DNA of 64,000 nucleotides. Origin: Candidatus Heimdallarchaeota archaeon (GTDB lineage Archaea > Asgardarchaeota > Heimdallarchaeia > Hodarchaeales > Hodarchaeaceae). Of this stretch, positions 58,872 through 64,000 are shown piece by piece (within the stretch, counting starts at the first letter, position 1; each line of letters opens with the position of its first letter). A program made the position numbers and the translations under genes. The notes beneath the pieces were generated by a model. That model was not told the DNA's origin, searched no databases, and saw only the letters and a list, made by a program, of their open reading frames with translations. The stretch spans positions 4,189,913-4,253,912 of the forward strand of contig CP070695.1 in the NCBI GenBank assembly GCA_020353515.1, given 5' to 3'.

Positions 58872-60158
58872 TTAAAGCATTTTAACCATAGTATTGATAG
58901 TTCGGCTGCCGATAAGAAGTTGAACGTTGCGAGTTCCGCCAACCGCTTCTGCGATCTCAGAGACTCCCTGGATAATTGGCATCTTAGTTTGGTCTGTAAC
59001 ACCTGTACCACCCATTGCATGCATACATTCATATGTTAATTCATGGACAAGGTAGGCTGCATATTCTTTCATTTGAGATGCCATTGCAACAAAGGGATTC
59101 ATAAACGGACTGATACCGACGAGATCATCTCGTTTAGCATCATAAGCTTCCGCTAATTTCAACAACGCCATTGTAATTGATATAAGTCGGGAATGATATT
59201 TCGAGAGAACAGACATACCAACCGCTTGGTGGAGTAGAATCTTTGTAGTTCCAGGTGGAGTACCAAATTGCTTCCTCACAGTTGAATAGAGCGATGCTAA
59301 AGCAAAAGCACCCCACATTTGGCCCACATTTGTGGCAGCAATACCAATTCTTTCAGGTACAAGTCCCTCGAATAGAATATGATATCCTTCACCAGGTCCA
59401 CCAGTCATATAATCATCAGGGATGAAGGCGTCTTCAAAGATTGTCTTCCCAATATGAACCTTGCTTACAGATGGAATCCTTATTCTTTCTGCTTTAAATC
59501 CTCGATCCCATTCCTTATGAGAAACACCTTGAACCATTGTACCGCGTGGATCTTCTTCGTTAAGGACACCATAGACGGCGCACATATCCGCCTTTGGTGA
59601 ATTTGTTGTGTAACATTTGATTCCATCGATAGTGTATCCACCATCAACTTTTTCTGCTTTAACAGTCATATTGACAGCATCAGAACCACGTTTGGGCTCT
59701 GTAATTCCAATACAGCCGATTTTATTACCATCAAGTAAATCTTGAAGGTCTTTTACGAGAGTTTCTCGGTCATTGTGATGATGTGAAATAGGATTAATAC
59801 AAAGAGTAGAGGCACCCATTGCCATGTTAAATTGAGGATTAAAGATATCCATTGTCCAACAGCGGAGGAGTTCAGCTTTCATGCCTGTTTGGATATCAGA
59901 ACGATGGGGGTATTCGTTACTACGGTTAATTAGACCATGTTTACCTGCCCAGGGAAACCAATCGTAATAATCATCGTTATTATGCCCGTTGATTCTTCCA
60001 ATTTTCTCTTCTTGCTCAATACACAGGCTTTGAATTTCTTCAACATAAGCCTTATCTTCATCAGAGAGCAGCATCATCATATTGTTGTTAAATACTCCAA
60101 ATTGATTTTCTAACTTCATTATATCTAGGATTTCGTCTTCCAGAAGTTGAGTTTTCAT
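58872..60158 (-). CDS. Divergent acyl-CoA dehydrogenase (minus strand; the track says +)
   Basis: CAT at 60156-60158 and TTA at 58872-58874 on the + strand; ITEPKRGSD, GIKCYTTN, ERIGIA, RKQFG, MGGTG. Confidence 0.9.
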   Translation of the reverse strand: MKTQLLEDEILDIMKLENQFGVFNNNMMMLLSDEDKAYVEEIQSLCIEQEEKIGRINGHNNDDYYDWFPWAGKHGLINRSNEYPHRSDIQTGMKAELLRCWTMDIFNPQFNMAMGASTLCINPISHHHNDRETLVKDLQDLLDGNKIGCIGITEPKRGSDAVNMTVKAEKVDGGYTIDGIKCYTTNSPKADMCAVYGVLNEEDPRGTMVQGVSHKEWDRGFKAERIRIPSVSKVHIGKTIFEDAFIPDDYMTGGPGEGYHILFEGLVPERIGIAATNVGQMWGAFALASLYSTVRKQFGTPPGTTKILLHQAVGMSVLSKYHSRLISITMALLKLAEAYDAKRDDLVGISPFMNPFVAMASQMKEYAAYLVHELTYECMHAMGGTGVTDQTKMPIIQGVSEIAEAVGGTRNVQLLIGSRTINTMVKML

Positions 60159-60501
60159 GATTCTTACCCTACTTGTTGTTTTTATTCTACTTGAATAGTC
60201 TTGTTCATTCTGAGCTCTTTTTCCTTTATAAGACTTAAGTCTGACATTTTAAGTACAACTCACACACAGGACACTCACACTACAATCCCGTTATCCGTTT
60301 CGGATGTTATAGTCATCACTCTTTACAAGATATATTATTCGCGATTGCAAAAGGAGGAAATAGAGGAAGGACTAGAAGTATATCGAGTAAGATGACCATA
60401 CAGCTTTAAGTAAGGAATGAATTGCGATAATATCATATTTCTTGGGAAGTCTATCATCCTTTTATAGGTGAAATGTGATTTTAACTATGAAATTGAAAAA
60501 A

Positions 60502-60936
60502 ATGAAAGCAGACAAACAAACAGAAGCAGAAATAAAAGAAGTATTGGATAAAATGTCCGAAGATTATAAAAAGGGCAATATAGACGAAGTACTAACGTTG
60601 TTTGCCCCTGATCCCGATGTAGTCTTAATTGGATCGGGTACTGACGAAAAGCGTATTGGGTTGGATGAAATTCGGACTCAAGTTGAACGTGATATAGCAC
60701 AAACCGAGTCTCGGTCTATGGAGCATAGAATTATATCTATTTCATCAGCGGGGTCAATATCTTGGTGTGCAACTGAATCAATCGTTCATGCTACCGTTAG
60801 TGGCCAAGAAATAACCTTTGATGGACGATCGACTGTGGTGCTAGAGAAACGTGGAGACAAATGGCTTATTGTTCAAATGCACTTCTCTACTCCACTTAGT
60901 GGTCAAGCTGAAGGCGAATCATGGCCGACAAACTAA
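60502..60936 (+). CDS. SnoaL-like / NTF2-family protein
   Basis: LFAPDPDVVLIG, GLDEIR, RSTVVLEKRGDKWLIVQMHFS; start may be 60487 or 60502. Confidence 0.85.
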   Translation: MKADKQTEAEIKEVLDKMSEDYKKGNIDEVLTLFAPDPDVVLIGSGTDEKRIGLDEIRTQVERDIAQTESRSMEHRIISISSAGSISWCATESIVHATVSGQEITFDGRSTVVLEKRGDKWLIVQMHFSTPLSGQAEGESWPTN

Positions 60937-61030
60937 CTCCTTTCTTCTATCTAAGCTGGGTTTTATTACCACCTAAGAAAGATGAGAATGAAAAAGTAGA
61001 AATAACATAAAAAGAGATAAACTCAAATAA

Positions 61031-61315
61031 GAGGCCGAGTGAGGAGGATGAACGAAGTCAATGCTTCAGTAGTCCCCAGATAGTGACCTGTCTGAAGGAA
61101 ACGTATGTCTAAAGAGAGGAGAAAACAAGTAGAGATTGGTAAGGACATGATTATGTAATTTAACCAACAATAAGACATGTTTTTACTGGGGGAGTTCATT
61201 CAAGCCTTGAAGATAAATCGAAAGACAGTGATAGATTGGTTAAAGCTATATCCTCCTCCTGTGGAATAAAATCCGACTAGGATGAGGATAGGCGTCTGAA
61301 TCAGAAACCATCCTC
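61031..61315 (+). ncRNA. Candidate structured non-coding RNA of unknown family
   Basis: ORF-poor gap with many complementary helices: 61041-49/61250-58 (9 bp), 61159-67/61236-44 (9 bp), 61048-53/61194-99, 61073-79/61186-92, 61077-83/61088-94, 61105-10/61173-78, 61284-89/61310-15. Confidence 0.45.
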
Positions 61316-61547
61316 AATTATGACGAAAATAGTAGTAGTATTAATTTTCAAGAAATGTATTAGGAAAACATGGCAGATTAATTATTGATGAATATATGAA
61401 CACTTTTTCAGTGATTTCCTAAAAAATATATTTCCATTTAGACTAGAGTTACCAGTGTCAGAATAATAAATCTTAGATAACTCAAGAAAATGACCCTCTT
61501 TTACAAGTAAAAAGAACATATACCTTGGAAAAAGGAGTTTGTAATCA

Positions 61548-63329
61548 TTGACCAGCAATTGGGATTTATCATTTTTATACAAAGGATTTGATGATCCAAA
61601 GATTGATGAAGACTTGGATCAGGCTATTAAGATAGCTGACGAATTGGAAAAATATCACGGAAAATTAAAAGAGGGTAATCTTTCTGCAAAGGAGCTACTT
61701 AATCTTTTAGAACAAGTCGAAAAGGTTGAAACATTAGGTTCAAAGGCAGTTGCATATGGTGCCCTACTTTTTTACCAAGAAACTACTAATGAAGATCATA
61801 AGGCCCTTTATGCTAGAATGCAACAGCGAGCGGTTGAAATTGATAACAAATTGATATGGATCACATTAGAGTTAAATGACCTTAGAAAAGAGAAGATAGA
61901 AGAATATCTCCAAGATCCGCTATTAGCAAATTATCATCACTATATCACAGTTAAGAGGCTGAAACAACCTTATTTACTCTCAGAGAAAGTAGAACAAGTT
62001 CTTTTGCAAAAAGCGCTTGTAGGTAGGGACGCATGGCTAAAATTCTTTCAGGAATTCACTGCAGCATTTGAATTCGAGGTTGAAATTGAAGGTGAAATCA
62101 AAAAACTGGCACCAGGGGAGATTTATCCTTTATTTCGTGACCCAAATCCAGAAACCCGTGAGCAAGTCTTCAAGACATATTATCAGAGGTATGCAAAAGA
62201 TTCTATTGCAATATCTCACTGTTTCAATAATATTTGGAAGAATCATGGTCAGGATGTTGATCTACGTAATTATCCTACAACAATGACTCCTGCTCATATA
62301 AGAAATCAAACAGATGAAAAAATCGTCGAAACTATGATGGAAATCATCAAGAAGAATTATTCTCTCGTACAAGATTATTATAAAGCCAAGGCTAAATTAA
62401 TGGGTCAAGGAAATAAACTTAAAGGCTCAGATCTCTATGCTCCCTTAGGAAAAGCGATCAAATATACTTGGGAGGAAGCTAAGCAAATGGTACTAGATTC
62501 TTATAATGAATTTGATTCTGAAATTGGTGAAATGGCTAGAGGGTTTTTTGATCGCAATTTAATTGATTCAGAAGTTCGAAAAACCAAGAGATTCGGTGCG
62601 TTCTGTATGGGAATAGCTCCTGGGATAGATCCAGTTCTCCATATGTCATTTGATGGAACCCCAGATGGGGTCAGTACGCTAGCACATGAAATGGGCCATG
62701 GTCTCCATGATATGTTTAGTGGACGAAAACAAACCATGTTAAACTATAATCCACCACTGGTAGCAGCAGAAACAGCATCTGTTTTCGGAGAACAGATCCT
62801 TATCGATAAAATGTTAAAAACTATGACCGACGAAGAAGCGAAATTAAGACTCCTTGCAAGTCAGATAGAGGATGCTATTATTACAATATCCCGTCAAACA
62901 ATGTACGTTTTCTTTGAAAATGAATGTCATGAAAAGGGGGCAAAAGAGAACTTATCTACTCAAAAGATGTCTGATATCTGGGATAAACATGTCCAGGACG
63001 CATATGGAGATGCTGTAGAATTTTTACCAGAACAGAGCTGGAATTGGGCAACAATTCCACATTTTCTGGATCCTAGAGTTTTTTATTGTTATGCATATTC
63101 ATTCGGAATGCTCTTTGTTCTGGGTCTCTATCAAAAGTACCTGGAAGAGGGAGAATCATTTATCCCCAAATATAAACAAATTCTCGAAGCCGGTGGATCA
63201 CAGTTTCCTGTTGATTTAGCAAACTCTGTTGGTTTAGACCTCACATCTCCTGAATTTTGGCAGGCAGGTTTCGACTATCTTGGCAAGTTATTAAAAGAGT
63301 TTCAAAAAATTGTTGACACACGGGTATAG
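61548..63329 (+). CDS. pepF: Oligoendopeptidase F (M3B)
   Basis: WDLSFLY, KRFGAFC, TLAHEMGH, AETASVFGE, IPHF, FYCYAY. Confidence 0.9.
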   Translation: MTSNWDLSFLYKGFDDPKIDEDLDQAIKIADELEKYHGKLKEGNLSAKELLNLLEQVEKVETLGSKAVAYGALLFYQETTNEDHKALYARMQQRAVEIDNKLIWITLELNDLRKEKIEEYLQDPLLANYHHYITVKRLKQPYLLSEKVEQVLLQKALVGRDAWLKFFQEFTAAFEFEVEIEGEIKKLAPGEIYPLFRDPNPETREQVFKTYYQRYAKDSIAISHCFNNIWKNHGQDVDLRNYPTTMTPAHIRNQTDEKIVETMMEIIKKNYSLVQDYYKAKAKLMGQGNKLKGSDLYAPLGKAIKYTWEEAKQMVLDSYNEFDSEIGEMARGFFDRNLIDSEVRKTKRFGAFCMGIAPGIDPVLHMSFDGTPDGVSTLAHEMGHGLHDMFSGRKQTMLNYNPPLVAAETASVFGEQILIDKMLKTMTDEEAKLRLLASQIEDAIITISRQTMYVFFENECHEKGAKENLSTQKMSDIWDKHVQDAYGDAVEFLPEQSWNWATIPHFLDPRVFYCYAYSFGMLFVLGLYQKYLEEGESFIPKYKQILEAGGSQFPVDLANSVGLDLTSPEFWQAGFDYLGKLLKEFQKIVDTRV

Positions 63330-63444
63330 TTCCTTGTTGAAAATGCATTAACCAGTTCAAAACCACTCTAAACAAGAATTTGGTTTATAGCGACAATTTC
63401 AATGAAGGACACTCCCGAACATTAGTTCTATGGAGATTCAATGT

Positions 63445-64000
63445 ATGAGAGCGATTGTTAATGCGAAAATTCTTTGTCCAAATCTAGGATTCATCGAGAA
63501 TGGAAGTATAATATTTGATGAGGAAAAAATCCATGCCGTTGGAACAAATATAACCATTCCTGAAGGTACTGAAATTATCGATGTCGAAAAAAAATTTGTC
63601 TTACCAGGTTTTATTGACGCACATACCCATCAAGGCCTTTTCGAGGGCGGAATAGGCTGGGCAGGAAGAGATGGTAATGAAATGACTGATCCAATTACTC
63701 CTCACTTAAGAGGTCTGGACTCCTTTAATCCTGAAGAGAGATCATTAAAAGAAGTGCTAAAAGGCGGAGTCACTTGTATTAACACAGGGCCGGGTTCTGG
63801 AAATGTAATTTCTGGTCAAGCTTTTGTCATCAAACCCTTTGGAGAGAAGATAGTTGATGAGATGGTTTTATTGGCTCCCTCAGGACTTAAAGTGGCATTA
63901 GGAGAGAACCCCAAAAGAGTTCATGGTCAGGAACAGAAAAGAATGCCTCAAACAAGAATGGGGGTGGCTGGACTTTTAAGGAAAACATTCACAGATGCTA
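63445..64000 (+). CDS. Metal-dependent amidohydrolase (imidazolonepropionase-like), truncated by the window end
   Basis: MRAIVNAK...VLPGFIDAHTHQG, GGVT, PGSGNVISGQ, KVALGENPK; open to the end of the window. Confidence 0.85.
   Translation, partial: MRAIVNAKILCPNLGFIENGSIIFDEEKIHAVGTNITIPEGTEIIDVEKKFVLPGFIDAHTHQGLFEGGIGWAGRDGNEMTDPITPHLRGLDSFNPEERSLKEVLKGGVTCINTGPGSGNVISGQAFVIKPFGEKIVDEMVLLAPSGLKVALGENPKRVHGQEQKRMPQTRMGVAGLLRKTFTDA

Noticed and set aside
61031-61315. RNase P RNA, SRP RNA, tmRNA, group I/II intron, lysine/SAM/cobalamin riboswitch
   Set aside because: Diagnostic motifs (GAGGAAAGUCC, SRP helix 8, P7 order, domain V, riboswitch cores) were not found by eye; left as unknown pending an Rfam scan.
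1851-62737. Numerous 60-145 aa ORFs antisense to or nested in long genes (e.g. 18226..18510, 22353..22787, 26783-28786 set, 33161..33556)
   Set aside because: Shadow ORFs of well-supported genes, with no motifs of their own.

Overview
AT-rich, gene-dense archaeal chromosomal segment. It most likely comes from an Asgard archaeon of the Heimdallarchaeia/Hodarchaeales type. This is an inference from the fused histone doublet, two Arf-like small GTPases (one longin-fused, one winged-helix-fused), kynureninase, GF/PGF-CTERM-like surface proteins, stand-alone 7TM proteins, TATA boxes and GGTGA-type RBSs. Content: a 7TM/lipase/PlsC/FadD/SAMP lipid cluster; an orphan CheR with three tandem N-terminal helical domains; a form IV RuBisCO-like protein; an M6 protease; an orphan N6-adenine methyltransferase; a histone doublet; a Ca2+ antiporter and a P2A ATPase; an arsR-arsP-acr3-thioredoxin-ccdA-tlpA operon; two acyl-CoA dehydrogenases; nikMNQO-nikR; kynU; pcm; peptidases (M20, M28, M3B, CPBP); a surface glycoprotein next to a membrane-tethered HTH regulator; and a sensorless histidine kinase. 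Five probable microproteins are missed by the ORF track (two Zn fingers, a tandem paralogous basic pair, one K/E-rich peptide). An unexplained, highly self-complementary non-coding element of about 290 nt at 61031-61315 is the best candidate for something undescribed, with a second long hairpin at 60292-60400. The ORF track mislabels the strand of 58872..60158, which is on the minus strand. No tRNA, rRNA, CRISPR array or transposase was seen. All product calls rest on motif recognition, not database searches.
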